From Macrostomum lignano (Eukaryota), in NCBI GenBank assembly GCA_002269645.1, contig NIVC01004765.1, positions 1-35,604 on the forward strand: 35,604 nt of DNA, written 5' to 3'. The translations under genes and the position numbers were made by a program. The notes beneath the pieces are model-generated. The model ran no database searches and was not told where the DNA came from. It saw only the letters and a program-made list of their open reading frames with translations. How positions within the stretch are numbered: position 1 is the first letter of the stretch; each line of letters starts with the position of its first letter. Shown here piece by piece: positions 1 through 13,950 of the stretch.

Positions 1-802
1 CAAATTTTGGTATACAATTCACATCCATTTTTGGCCTACAACTTTTGGTGAATAAATTTATGTTGAGCATGAAAATTTCAATGTAAATTTAATGTTTTTA
101 TGTAAAATAAAGAAATATTTGTATACTCAAGAAATTAATAATAAACTTTCTACTTCTTTATAATTAAAAATGATTTAGAGTAGTAAAATTATTATTAAAA
201 TGTAAATGTTGCATCATTATTTTTATAGGTACAATCAAGTTTGTCTAAAATGAAAATATGTATAATTTTAAAAGAATACTTTTCATACAAAAACTTTCTT
301 AGGAAACTCAACTTGTGAAAACCAAATGACCTTTTTAGGAGGCTTTTTTAGTTTACATTTTAATGATTTTTTTGTTTTTGGCATACACTGGCATACATTT
401 AGCTAAGATAAGATTCTTGTTCTAGCATACACTATTTACACAATCCGGACCCTAGCTAAGACTTAGAATAATTTGGTCTTTTAATTTTGCCTTTAGAAAT
501 ATTAAGATTTAGTATATTTAGATAAATAAAGTACTATATATCTCAATGTCAAATGAAAGTTCAAATAGACAACAGGTCAATAAGATAAATACTCAGGACA
601 TTATCCTTAGAATACATTATTTATAATAGTAAATATGATTGTACATTTGATTATGCTAGTATTAATTTTTTATTGTTTATATTATTTCTCTTAGTTATCA
701 TAGAGCACATTTTAGACTAAGACTAGGCCCCTAGTTCTAGCTTTACTAAGCATGCTATAGCTTGTATTATTATCTTATCAATGGCTTCTGCTTCTATTTC
801 AG

Positions 803-1249
803 ACACTGCTGGTCTAGATGTGGTGCATTAGTGCAAAGGTGCCACAGTCTGTTTGCTACATAATGGATGGGATCTCTAGGTTCAGTTCAAGACTGGGGAA
901 AAGGATCCTGGAAGAGCTGACTAGGCCTAGCTAACAAGGATCAAAGATCAAATGTCTTTGAATATGTACAAGCATACTTTGGCGAGATCTTCAAGGGTAT
1001 GTGTTCTTTGTGTTTTTATTCTTATAGTATATATTCCAATTGCTTTTATACCAGTTTTAAAGATTGCAAATGTTAAGTTTTTTCTTGCCTTGCCTGAAGA
1101 CAACTATTCTCCTTATTTTTTATTTCCAAATCTTTCTAATGACAGTGAAGGTGCCCAACTGGTCTGCTGATCATGCCATTAACTCTCTAAATTACTCAAT
1201 GCAGGACCCTATCCTCCGAGTTCTCTGGATTGCATCAAAGGCCATTTAG
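803..1249 (+). pseudogene. Possible degraded two-exon relic, product unknown
   Basis: GC-richer island in AT-rich DNA with AG acceptor at 801-802, donor GTATGT at 997 and acceptor CTAATGACAG ending 1145. One joined frame reads DQRSNVFEYVQAYFGEIFK-VKVPNWSADHAINSLNYSMQDPILRVLWIASKAI*. All three frames of the first block contain stops and no family is recognised. Confidence 0.2.
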
Positions 1250-1852
1250 AGCTTCTGCGATGGCGTCTGAAAGTGCAAGAGCTCCAGACCAACATTTGTG
1301 GAGTGTCAGTGGGGGAAGCAATTGCGACAATGAAGCGCCTCTGCCGCCACCTGTGATGACAAACCATGTGCTGACTCTGGCTGTAAGTTCGCTGACTGAT
1401 AATGCAGCCGTTTGGTTCACAACATTTATCTAGCTAGCTAGCTTTTTGCATTCATGTGTTGTTCATCAATCATATTATTGTATTATTCTGCATTTGTTTT
1501 CTGTATTTTATTATTTGTTTTCGGCACTCATTTTCTGCATATATTGCATTATTATTATGCTCTTTCTTGATGTTTCCTTGCATCCACGTGTAATACAGTT
1601 ACTCTCTTGACGTGTTGTGCAGAAATTGCTTACTGTAATCTTTATAATTGCATAATATACAATGCATTGAGTAAATTAAATAGCCAATCATTATTGTGCT
1701 TCACTCTTCAAGCAGAATAATATTTTAAATAATGTATTATTTTGCTAAGCACTTTGAAAACCGATTTGTTTATTTTTTACGCAAGCTAGCCGATGCAAAA
1801 GCAAATTCTGAAAAATACAACCTAATCGTAATTTAGTCGGATATTAGCGTCA

Positions 1853-1963
1853 CATTCCGATCGGAAAACTCCGACTAGAAAACGACCGGATTGCACGAGC
1901 CACTTTGCTGACAAATTCCGACCGGACATTCCGATCGGATTCCGACTACCCTTTTTTACTGGG
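1853..1963. mobile_element. One end of a non-autonomous DNA transposon (CMC/CACTA-like terminus with subterminal repeats)
   Basis: Several TTCCGAYCGGA/CCGACT motifs ending in CCCTTTTTTACTGGG (reverse complement starts CCCAGTAAAAAA). No partner end was found. Confidence 0.4.
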
Positions 1964-2279
1964 AGCTTACTTGGACGGCAAGCAAAACTATACAATGCTT
2001 TTTTGAAGGTGCCAAACGTTTTGTTTCAGCAATGTTTGCTTAACTACGTGGAAGTCTGTACGCAAATGTTAGTGGGACGGCAGCGATTTAATAAATCGAT
2101 TTATTTGACCAAAACCGCGCGTCCTTAACCCTCCGCGGGCAGCTTAACAATAATGCAAAAGTTTTTTCATGGACCCAAAGATTTTCTCTCAGAGCAAGAG
2201 CTATTTCACTCAAAATGAGTGCGTGGATTTGATCAGGCATATAACACACCTCGCGCAGTCATGTGCTTTAACTTGTGTG

Positions 2280-2287
2280 TATAAAAG
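2280..2287 (+). promoter_or_regulatory. TATA box upstream of the membrane-protein ORF
   Basis: TATAAAAG about 90 bp upstream of the ATG at 2375, in a CpG-retaining region. Confidence 0.5.
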
Positions 2288-2374
2288 ACCGTTTTAGAAG
2301 CATGCTTAAGGAACTATTTGAGATTGGAACTTCTCAGTAGAGAGAATCTACAATTGCAAGAGAGCGCAATAAGC

Positions 2375-2845
2375 ATGGGCGGCACTCAGTCCTGGCTGGC
2401 GTGCGACACCGCCTACCCAACAGCGGCTCCAGTGCCCGGCCAGGCCCCGCAAACTTCAGCTGGCCAACCCGATGGCAACCTGCTTATTGCTGTGCTCATG
2501 TTTGTCATCACAATCTTCTTATTGCTCAGCCTCACCTGTATCGGGCACTGCATCGCAATTGCCATGAGGCGTAGAAAAACGCCAGCCGAGTATTCGGCCA
2601 ATCCAGCAGGTGCCGCTCATCGAAATTCTGCTGCTGAAGTTCGAGTTGTAGTTGGTGAAGGCGAGGACAACGATGAGAACGCTGAGTCTGGTTCGGAGTT
2701 CGGTTCAACCGACAGCGACGCCACAGAGTCGGACATCGACAGCGTGACGGCCAGGTCAATGCAGCTGGCAGCCAGTCGAAGGATGAGTCGTAGTCCAGCT
2801 GCCGCTGCATCTGCAGCTTTCGACAACAAAGGATTTGTGCAGTAG
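2375..2845 (+). CDS. Orphan single-pass membrane protein (156 aa from ATG 2375), acidic Ser-rich cytoplasmic tail
   Basis: Uninterrupted ORF with AGC-ATG-G start context. Hydrophobic LLIAVLMFVITIFLLLSLTCIGHCIAIAM is followed by the basic stop-transfer RRRK, an acidic EGEDNDENAESGSE tract and C-terminal FDNKGFVQ. ATTAAA at 2951-2956. Could alternatively be the last exon of a larger gene. Confidence 0.7.
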   Translation: MGGTQSWLACDTAYPTAAPVPGQAPQTSAGQPDGNLLIAVLMFVITIFLLLSLTCIGHCIAIAMRRRKTPAEYSANPAGAAHRNSAAEVRVVVGEGEDNDENAESGSEFGSTDSDATESDIDSVTARSMQLAASRRMSRSPAAAASAAFDNKGFVQ

Positions 2846-4280
2846 TGGGCTCGCGGCAATCTATAGTCGGATGTGGTCTACTTGAACACGCGGTTGTTAC
2901 TCGCTAATTATTGTGTACTGATATGAATTACTTTCATGCTTTTAATTCATATTAAATGATATTATTTTTGCATGCATAATATAGCATACGAAGAATAATA
3001 AGTAAATGCAGAAAGGGTTTAAGTTTTATGCCTTCGAAACTCTGTACGTGAGTATAATTACAGCCCAAGAATATATAAATGTAGTGACAAGCACGGGGTT
3101 TTGACCGTATAAATATTTAACAATATAGAAACCTGCACGCTGCAGCTGCTCCTGAAGTATAAGAGTTAAATTAAGCATATTATTACATGTAGTGAAAAGC
3201 TAGGCATGCTCTAACTATGCTCTTGCACATTAGTAACCCATCTTAATTACACTGTAATGCAGCTTTAAGCGAGAGGGTTGAACATTCTCAAAAAACATCA
3301 TAATATCATCATCATATCTATCGCCTCCATATGTAACAATTCTGCACAACATTCGTGTGGTCCATGAGGGCATGGATCTTCTCATACGCCACTGAAGCCA
3401 AGGATCTGGTGCAGCTGAAAAACCTTGCCGTTGTACTGCACCTGCCACATGATATTGATGCAAGCCGCTGAGCGTGGAGAGCCTCAGTTCATCGACAACA
3501 CCGTCGGATCGAATGCTGTCAGGCGCTGTTCCAAGCTTGTCGTTGTCAACAAGTTCCAGCTGAAGCTGTGGAGCTCGTCTATGGACGGCAAGGCCTACCA
3601 GAGTGTTCACATTGTCTGGTTAATGCAGCACTGACTGCCTGGCATGATGCAACTCTCCGGATGGTTTCAATTTAAGCCTTCAAGCAATTATTGATCAAGT
3701 AATAATTGGTACTTGAGCAGTTTGGCTGAAAATAGCAATTTGCCAATGACGCGTACACTGAGAAGCACGTTGGCATTGTTTAGGAATTTGAAGATCATTA
3801 TTATTCACATTTTTAATGCAGAACAATCCAATATATGGTATCAGAGTTGACATATAAGATTCTAATTTATCCCATAATTAGCTATCCCACTGGAGTCAAA
3901 TGAGACCTAAAGAGATGAGATTTTCAATGACTCCCCAACGACCACATAGCTCAAATTGACGATAGTATATATAGTCCTGGGATAGAAAAGCGAAAGCGCG
4001 GCTCCGACACATCGATTTTATTTGGAGACTAATCAAGCATGACATATCCTCTTTTATTTTGTTATTTGATGTCAAACGTAAACTATTTTCCTTCTTTGAT
4101 TGAAGGATGCGATTAATTGAATGCCTTGCAGACTAGAGTGGAAACAATTCCTATTCTTTTAAGGCCCGGCCCTATTTGTACATTGCAAGACCGAACTAAT
4201 ATTTTATCTGACCATCAGCAGCTTCCTTCATTTTGATATTTTTTAGTTTTTTTGGCATTTAGAAGTACATGCATATACTA

Positions 4281-4736
4281 CGAGGTGTTTTCAAAAACAA
4301 ATGTCAGTGGCTGGATATCTCTACCAGCTACTCGTTCCAAGGTGTTCTGTTACTGCCATGACCCAAGCTCACACACTGTTGCTTGTGACATGGCAAAGGC
4401 GGGGTACAGCGCATCCTAGATATCAAAGACGCCTCAGCCATGGCCCACCCGGAAGAGCAGCTGTATACGTCCGAGAGGCTAATCTACTGCCTCATCCGCC
4501 AAGTGAAGGGCGGCCAGTACACAGAAGATCAGCGCAGGTTCAATCCGAAGAAAACAAGGCGATCCACAGAGACCATCGCAGCTGTGCAAGAGGCTGTCAA
4601 GTCTGATCGCCACAAAACCATGGACGAATTGGCTGAAGACTTTGACCTGTCTGTCGGCACAGTCCACACGATCCTGCACGCAGATCTCGGACTTTCCAAG
4701 AAGAGCGAGCGCTGAATAGAGTTTGAATACACCTCG
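4281..4736 (+). mobile_element. Internally deleted mariner (Tc1/mariner) element, 456 bp
   Basis: TIRs CGAGGTGTTTTCAAA / TTTGAATACACCTCG (1 mismatch) with flanking TA at 4279-4280 and 4737-4738. The internal frame ETIAAVQEAVKSDRHKTMDELAEDFDLSVGTVHTILHADLGLSKKSER matches the mariner HTH region before the WVP motif. No DDD domain. Confidence 0.92.
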
Positions 4737-5259
4737 TAGTCTGCTAGAACTCGATTGCGTAGAAATACCCGCGCTACAGCTATAGTTTAGTCGTTTGGCA
4801 AAACGCGAAACGTGCACCAATTTCTGGAATAAATCCTGTTATTTAGACTGATCCGACATGCACGACTCTCAAACAGCATTCAGATCCAAGAGATCCTATC
4901 TCAAGAAGAGTTTAGGGGCAACTACAGTGGCTATTTTCGAGCTAACTGATCTTACCGGATTCTTCTCTGCGAATTCTCGCGGTGGTGACAGCGAACAATT
5001 GAGATTTCAACGGCAGCAAGTTTTTCGGCGAATGATCGGTTTAGGCGACAGGAACTGGGTAGTAAATTGTACAGCAATCCGACGTCACTGAGTATACATG
5101 TACATATCCTCGCGTTGGCCGCTGCATCGTCGTAATTGTCTGCCACCGTCTGTCCGCTACCGCGTGCTAAATAGCTTCCGTTATTTTATAGTACTCGCGC
5201 CAGCGTTGAGATCGGAAGAGCGAGTTGAGGCGACTCAGTCACGCAGCAGCGCTGTGCTG

Positions 5260-6140
5260 TTTGAGATCCAGCACGGTACAATCATTCTTCCACAACGCGA
5301 GAACCTCCACTGCCGGCGGTGTACGTCTTTGCTTTGCAAATCTGCAGCTAGCGGCGGCGAAAAGCACCTTTGGCTGAGCAGGTGCATCCCAACAGTGACG
5401 ACCTTAATTGATCCCGTCGTCGTGCAGCAGCTTCACCTCGTGGTAGAATTTCGTGAAGCCGATTATAGGTGCCATCCTTCCACGTACAAATTGTTTGTTC
5501 GAATGGGTGGCTCTGCAACAAAATGCATGATCGAACATGCAAAGCAGCAAAAATAAAAAAAGGATCACAGTAAAAAATAAGCAAAAAGTCTACATATATT
5601 TTGCATTTAAAATGTGAAGGGGCCAGATACCATTACTGCCCCCCCTACTTTAAAAAGTGGGGGGGGTATGAGTATGACCCAAAAACTAACTGTCCCCCCT
5701 TTCCTACGCCTATATGCCCGAGGACCTGAGTCAATTGCGCTACAGAAGTGAAATTTACACCCACACGCAATTGCATTGCTGTTGGGAAACTCCTGGCGAT
5801 CACCGCGCCTTCTTGATAAAATTTTCGAATCAGAAGTGGACTACGCAGCTGGGCTGGGTTGAAGAAGTGCGGCGGGAGCTCCTTCAGCTTCAGCTTCTAT
5901 GCAGAGCGCGTCTGCAGCACTTTGTCTTGCGCCGCGACATGAATACGAAGTCTAACGGCACCTTCTTGATGTTGTTCTTGCGCCTGGAGATGAAGACGTG
6001 GATGCATGCCTATAGCAGCTATGTAGACGCTTCGATGCAAGATTTGAAATGTTAAAATGCTTGAAATGTATACACAGCGTGACTGCTCCAGTAGCCTCAT
6101 CAACATTATTCCTGCAGTGGAAAAAACGATGTGGCGGCAA
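5260..6140 (-). pseudogene. Degraded Mutator-like (MULE) transposase, copy 1
   Basis: With frameshifts, motifs appear in MULE order: RHIVFSTAG..RLLEQSRCVYI (~6136), IHVFISRRKNNIKKVPLDFVFMSRRKT, degraded DFE, QEFPNSNAIACGCKFHFCSAI (CxxH, ~5750) and RTNN..EGWH-NRL (~5490). Confidence 0.8.
5620..5716 (-). mobile_element. Terminal fragment of a small non-autonomous DNA transposon (hAT-like CAT..AGGCGTAGG end) within the MULE relic
   Basis: Reverse strand reads CATATAGGCGTAGGAAAGGGGGG...CCCCCCCCACTTTTTAAAGTAGGGGGGG. Only one end is seen. Repeated at ~10617-10714. Confidence 0.35.
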
Positions 6141-6292
6141 CTCTCGCCGAAACCTCAAGGATTCCAGCGAACCTGACTGCTACAAGAAATCAAGAAAAAG
6201 GCTAGAAACAAACTTACGAAGATCTGAGAGAATAATAATCAATCCTTGATACCAAAAAATTAGCAAATTCCTCATCATCTGCCAGGCATCAA

Positions 6293-7640
<1,348 letters not shown>

Positions 7641-8257
7641 AGGCATCAACTTATGTCAGTACAACGTTCAGACACGATTAAACTAGCTTCCCGTACCCCC
7701 TTGAGCTTGAGCTCGGCAGTCTGTCTGCCAGGCCTGTTTTCCGAAACACACGAAAGACGAAAAACTCCCGATGCTTATCGAGCCGTAATCATGGCCGTAA
7801 AATGCTTATTACCGTGTGGCGTAATACGGGTAGAATCCCATTTTCTATGAGAGAGTTATATCGCGCATTGCGCAGCAAAGTGCAAAGGTTTAACTATAAA
7901 AATATTTCGTCTCTTTATCCAATATCTAACTATACTAAAATGTTATCGACTATAAATATATAGATAACACCTAGACTCTCCAGACTAGTAGGCAAGGCAT
8001 AGGTGGTTTTGAGATTTGATCCCCAACAACATCCGTCATCAGTCGAAAGTTCCACCCACTAAGCAAAGCAAAGGCAAAGATACTTTTATTCACAATCACA
8101 TTTTACTGTGTATTTTAAATGAAAAGTTGTACAACAACAGGTGGAACTTTTTGTCTATTGCTAAGTTGCCTGAGTAGGCTATAGAAATAATATATATATA
8201 TTTTTGGTATGTAATAATATAAATAGTCCTTAAGTTAAAGTCTATATATATGATACA

Positions 8258-8952
8258 AGTATAACTCTGGCCGTCAACTCTTCCGTCAACATTTCCGTTT
8301 ACTATTCCATTTACTTTTCTGCCAAATATCTCATCACTTTTCCGTTAACTATTTCATCAACATTTGCAAGTCCATAAAATATTCTATCAAATTTTTTGTA
8401 TACTCTGAATGGAAAGTGTTAATTTTTTTGCATAAGTGCAGTTTCCTTAGCAATTTTTTATACATGCTTTAAATTCGTTGAGTATACATGTACATGTATA
8501 AATTATAAAAAAAACACACGCAAGTCAGCGCGACATGTTCCAGAATTTAATTGGTTTTGCTGCACTACCTGCACTACAACATCTGCACTTCTTCATTGAT
8601 TTATCTTTGTGAAATAAAGCGTTGATACTAGGGAAAATGGAAAAGATGCATGTTGTTACTAATGTAGGCTTGTTTTTTCATTGATATATAAGCATGCAAA
8701 CACAATAAATGATCAAAGAGCTATTTGCATGATGATCCATTGATCCTATTCGAGAAAGTCAAATATGTTTTTTGAGAACAATAAATTGTTGACGGAAAAT
8801 TTGACAGAATATTTGACAGAAAAGTTGACGGAAAAGTTAACGGAAAAGCTAACAGAAAAGCTGACAGAAAAGTTAACGGAAAATTTAATGGAAAAGTTAA
8901 TGGAAAAGCTGACGGAAAAGTTGATGGAAAAGTTGACAGCCAAAGTTATACT
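8258..8952. mobile_element. Foldback/MITE-type element with long inverted arms of 12-bp repeats, copy 1
   Basis: Left end AGTATAACTCTGGCCGTCAACTCTTCCGTCAAC is the inverted match of right end GTTGATGGAAAAGTTGACAGCCAAAGTTATACT. The right arm has ~13 copies of TTGACGGAAAAG and the left arm has degenerate inverted copies. Non-coding AT-rich core. Confidence 0.8.
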
Positions 8953-9139
8953 CATATATATGATATTATTGATCTACAAAGTATTAAGATTGCCATTGGT
9001 ATATATAGTTAGGCCTAGACACAAGTTTGACTAGGGCCTAGCGTAGGCCTAGCCAATAGCCAAATGCTAATGGCATAAGCCTATCTTAATTAGCTATATT
9101 ATACTTTAAGTTATAGTAGGCTAAGGTATTCCTAGGCCC

Positions 9140-9330
9140 TATATGGTAAGAAATCTCACTATTAAGCCAACAAGTTGTCACAGTTCTTTTTCCTCTCTAT
9201 TTATACATCACACTGATACCATCGGCATCAGCTATTATAGTATATATTTTTCTGTCCTCTATAATGATGTCATTACTGTTAGGCCCTACTAAAGTTGTAA
9301 CAATGCTAATTCTTCAGCATTGTTACAGAG
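9140..9330. mobile_element. Eroded fragment of the LTR family also seen at 18588-19370 and 24380-25039 (duplicate at ~14138-14328)
   Basis: AGTTCTTTTTCCTCTCTATTTATA.ATCACACTG..TATATTTTTCTGTC.TCTATAATGAT..CATT.CTGT..AAAGTTGTAACA.TGCT.ATTCTTC aligns by eye with 24381-24501. Confidence 0.7.
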
Positions 9331-9726
9331 AAATGTTACAAATAGAGAACCACAAAGAAGGTTGAAGAAAGTTCCTTAGTTTTTGTCTTTTATTAATACT
9401 AACAAATCTTTCTCTCCATTGGCTAGTGTAACATTCATTTAAACAAAGACTTTACTAAAACAAATTAATTTGATTCACTAAAACAAAATTACTTTGTTAA
9501 AACAACTAGTGCATTTAAACAAATATATGTGTATACAATATTTTGGCGGGAATTTGATTTAGCACAGAATGGTGATTTTTTAATAATACAAAAAATTAAT
9601 AATAGTAATTGCCAAAGTTAGGCAAAATAAAAATAATAGAATTCTTAGAACTCATAGAATTCTGAAAAATAAGAAATGATCTAATCTGTCCCAGGGCTCT
9701 TAATTATTCTTTTGCTAGCCGTATTA

Positions 9727-9848
9727 GCTGCCACCACAGTTGCACAGTTTTATGTATTATGGAATGTAAAGGGTCTCAGAGCTTTCTTTGAGTTGAGAAT
9801 TGGTCATTTTATGCCCCATGGGCAAATGATTCAAGATAGGCCATGGCT
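9727..9848. mobile_element. Copy of the ~130-bp MITE at 23281-23409 with the right TIR lost (duplicate at 14725-14846)
   Basis: Shares TATGTATTATGGAATGTAAAGGGTCTCAGAGCTTT..TTTTATGCCCCATGGGCAAATGATTCAAGATAGGCCATGGCT with the 23281 copy. Confidence 0.8.
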
Positions 9849-10256
9849 TATGTCAACAAAATAAATGTTTAAAGGTTTAAGTTGTCGATATTTATTATTG
9901 AAACAGATTATTAATAGCTTGAGCAGGTTATTTATAGATCAAAGTAAATTGCTACTGACAATTAATTTCACGGCCGCCAGTGCGCTAATAAAAACTTAAA
10001 ATGAAGAAACTGATATGCTAATCTAACAGTAAGAAGACAAGAGCAAAAGAGCAAACAGAAGGGAGAGGGGGAGCGAAAGAGTATGCAGAAAATTAAACAG
10101 AGTGCAACTTATTTATAGTAGGACATATATATTAATTCTAGGCATGGGGCCTGAACTTGCCAACACTGGGGCCACACAATGGCTATCCTGATTGCAGCGC
10201 ATGGGAATTTTGGCGGACGGCGTCCGGCGCGGATCTAATACGGCGCGGCCAGTATG

Positions 10257-11138
10257 TTTGAGATCCAGCACGGTACAATCATTCTTCCACAACGCGAGAA
10301 CCTCCACTGCCGGCGGTGTACGTCTTTGCTTTGCAAATCTGCAGCTAGCGGCGGCGAAAAGCACCTTTGGCTGAGCAGGTGCATCCCAACAGTGACGACC
10401 TTAATTGATCCCGTCGTCGTGCAGCAGCTTCACCTCGTGGTAGAATTTCGTGAAGCCGATTATAGGTGCCATCCTTCCACGTACAAATTGTTTGTTCGAA
10501 TGGGTGGCTCTGCAACAAAATGCATGATCGAACATGCAAAGCAGCAAAAATAAAAAAAGGATCACAGTAAAAAATAAGCAAAAAGTCTACATATATTTTG
10601 CATTTAAAATGTGAAGGGGCCAGATACCATTACTGGCCCCCCTACTTTAAAAAGTGGGGGGGGGTATGAGTATGACCCAAAAACTAACTGTCCCCCCTTT
10701 CCTACGCCTATATGCCCGAGGACCTGAGTCAATTGCGCTACAGAAGTGAAATTTACACCCACACGCAATTGCATTGCTGTTGGGAAACTCCTGGCGATCA
10801 CCGCGCCTTCTTGATAAAATTTTCGAATCAGAAGTGGACTACGCAGCTGGGCTGGGTTGAAGAAGTGCGGCGGGAGCTCCTTCAGCTTCAGCTTCTATGC
10901 AGAGCGCGTCTGCAGCACTTTGTCTTGCGCCGCGACATGAATACGAAGTCTAACGGCACCTTCTTGATGTTGTTCTTGCGCCTGGAGATGAAGACGTGGA
11001 TGCATGCCTATAGCAGCTATGTAGACGCTTCGATGCAAGATTTGAAATGTTAAAATGCTTGAAATGTATACACAGCGTGACTGCTCCAGTAGCCTCATCA
11101 ACATTATTCCTGCAGTGGAAAAAACGATGTGGCGGCAA
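10257..11138 (-). pseudogene. Degraded MULE transposase, copy 2
   Basis: Duplicate of 5260-6140. Confidence 0.8.
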
Positions 11139-11290
11139 CTCTCGCCGAAACCTCAAGGATTCCAGCGAACCTGACTGCTACAAGAAATCAAGAAAAAGGC
11201 TAGAAACAAACTTACGAAGATCTGAGAGAATAATAATCAATCCTTGATACCAAAAAATTAGCAAATTCCTCATCATCTGCCAGGCATCAA

Positions 11291-12638
<1,348 letters not shown>

Positions 12639-13255
12639 AGGCATCAACTTATGTCAGTACAACGTTCAGACACGATTAAACTAGCTTCCCGTACCCCCTT
12701 GAGCTTGAGCTCGGCAGTCTGTCTGCCAGGCCTGTTTTCCGAAACACACGAAAGACGAAAAACTCCCGATGCTTATCGAGCCGTAATCATGGCCGTAAAA
12801 TGCTTATTACCGTGTGGCGTAATACGGGTAGAATCCCATTTTCTATGAGAGAGTTATATCGCGCATTGCGCAGCAAAGTGCAAAGGTTTAACTATAAAAA
12901 TATTTCGTCTCTTTATCCAATATCTAACTATACTAAAATGTTATCGACTATAAATATATAGATAACACCTAGACTCTCCAGACTAGTAGGCAAGGCATAG
13001 GTGGTTTTGAGATTTGATCCCCAACAACATCCGTCATCAGTCGAAAGTTCCACCCACTAAGCAAAGCAAAGGCAAAGATACTTTTATTCACAATCACATT
13101 TTACTGTGTATTTTAAATGAAAAGTTGTACAACAACAGGTGGAACTTTTTGTCTATTGCTAAGTTGCCTGAGTAGGCTATAGAAATAATATATATATATT
13201 TTTGGTATGTAATAATATAAATAGTCCTTAAGTTAAAGTCTATATATATGATACA

Positions 13256-13950
13256 AGTATAACTCTGGCCGTCAACTCTTCCGTCAACATTTCCGTTTAC
13301 TATTCCATTTACTTTTCTGCCAAATATCTCATCACTTTTCCGTTAACTATTTCATCAACATTTGCAAGTCCATAAAATATTCTATCAAATTTTTTGTATA
13401 CTCTGAATGGAAAGTGTTAATTTTTTTGCATAAGTGCAGTTTCCTTAGCAATTTTTTATACATGCTTTAAATTCGTTGAGTATACATGTACATGTATAAA
13501 TTATAAAAAAAACACACGCAAGTCAGCGCGACATGTTCCAGAATTTAATTGGTTTTGCTGCACTACCTGCACTACAACATCTGCACTTCTTCATTGATTT
13601 ATCTTTGTGAAATAAAGCGTTGATACTAGGGAAAATGGAAAAGATGCATGTTGTTACTAATGTAGGCTTGTTTTTTCATTGATATATAAGCATGCAAACA
13701 CAATAAATGATCAAAGAGCTATTTGCATGATGATCCATTGATCCTATTCGAGAAAGTCAAATATGTTTTTTGAGAACAATAAATTGTTGACGGAAAATTT
13801 GACAGAATATTTGACAGAAAAGTTGACGGAAAAGTTAACGGAAAAGCTAACAGAAAAGCTGACAGAAAAGTTAACGGAAAATTTAATGGAAAAGTTAATG
13901 GAAAAGCTGACGGAAAAGTTGATGGAAAAGTTGACAGCCAAAGTTATACT
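13256..13950. mobile_element. Foldback/MITE-type element, copy 2
   Basis: Duplicate of 8258-8952. Confidence 0.8.

Noticed and set aside
3230-3650. GC-rich island with ORFs on both strands
   Set aside because: No family motif recognised in any frame. Weak piggyBac-like (SIDE, KIxxLxDH) hints occur in the wrong order. It may be an unidentified relic.
3836-3846. TGGTATCAGAG, resembling a plant-type tRNA-Met PBS
   Set aside because: No adjacent LTR or gag; likely chance.
5098-5556. 152-aa plus-strand ORF (and 10254-10553)
   Set aside because: Antisense to the MULE relic, with no recognisable domain.
8746-9034. LTEK-repeat and FSVN-repeat ORFs (also 13744-14032)
   Set aside because: Translation of the 12-bp subterminal repeats of the foldback element.
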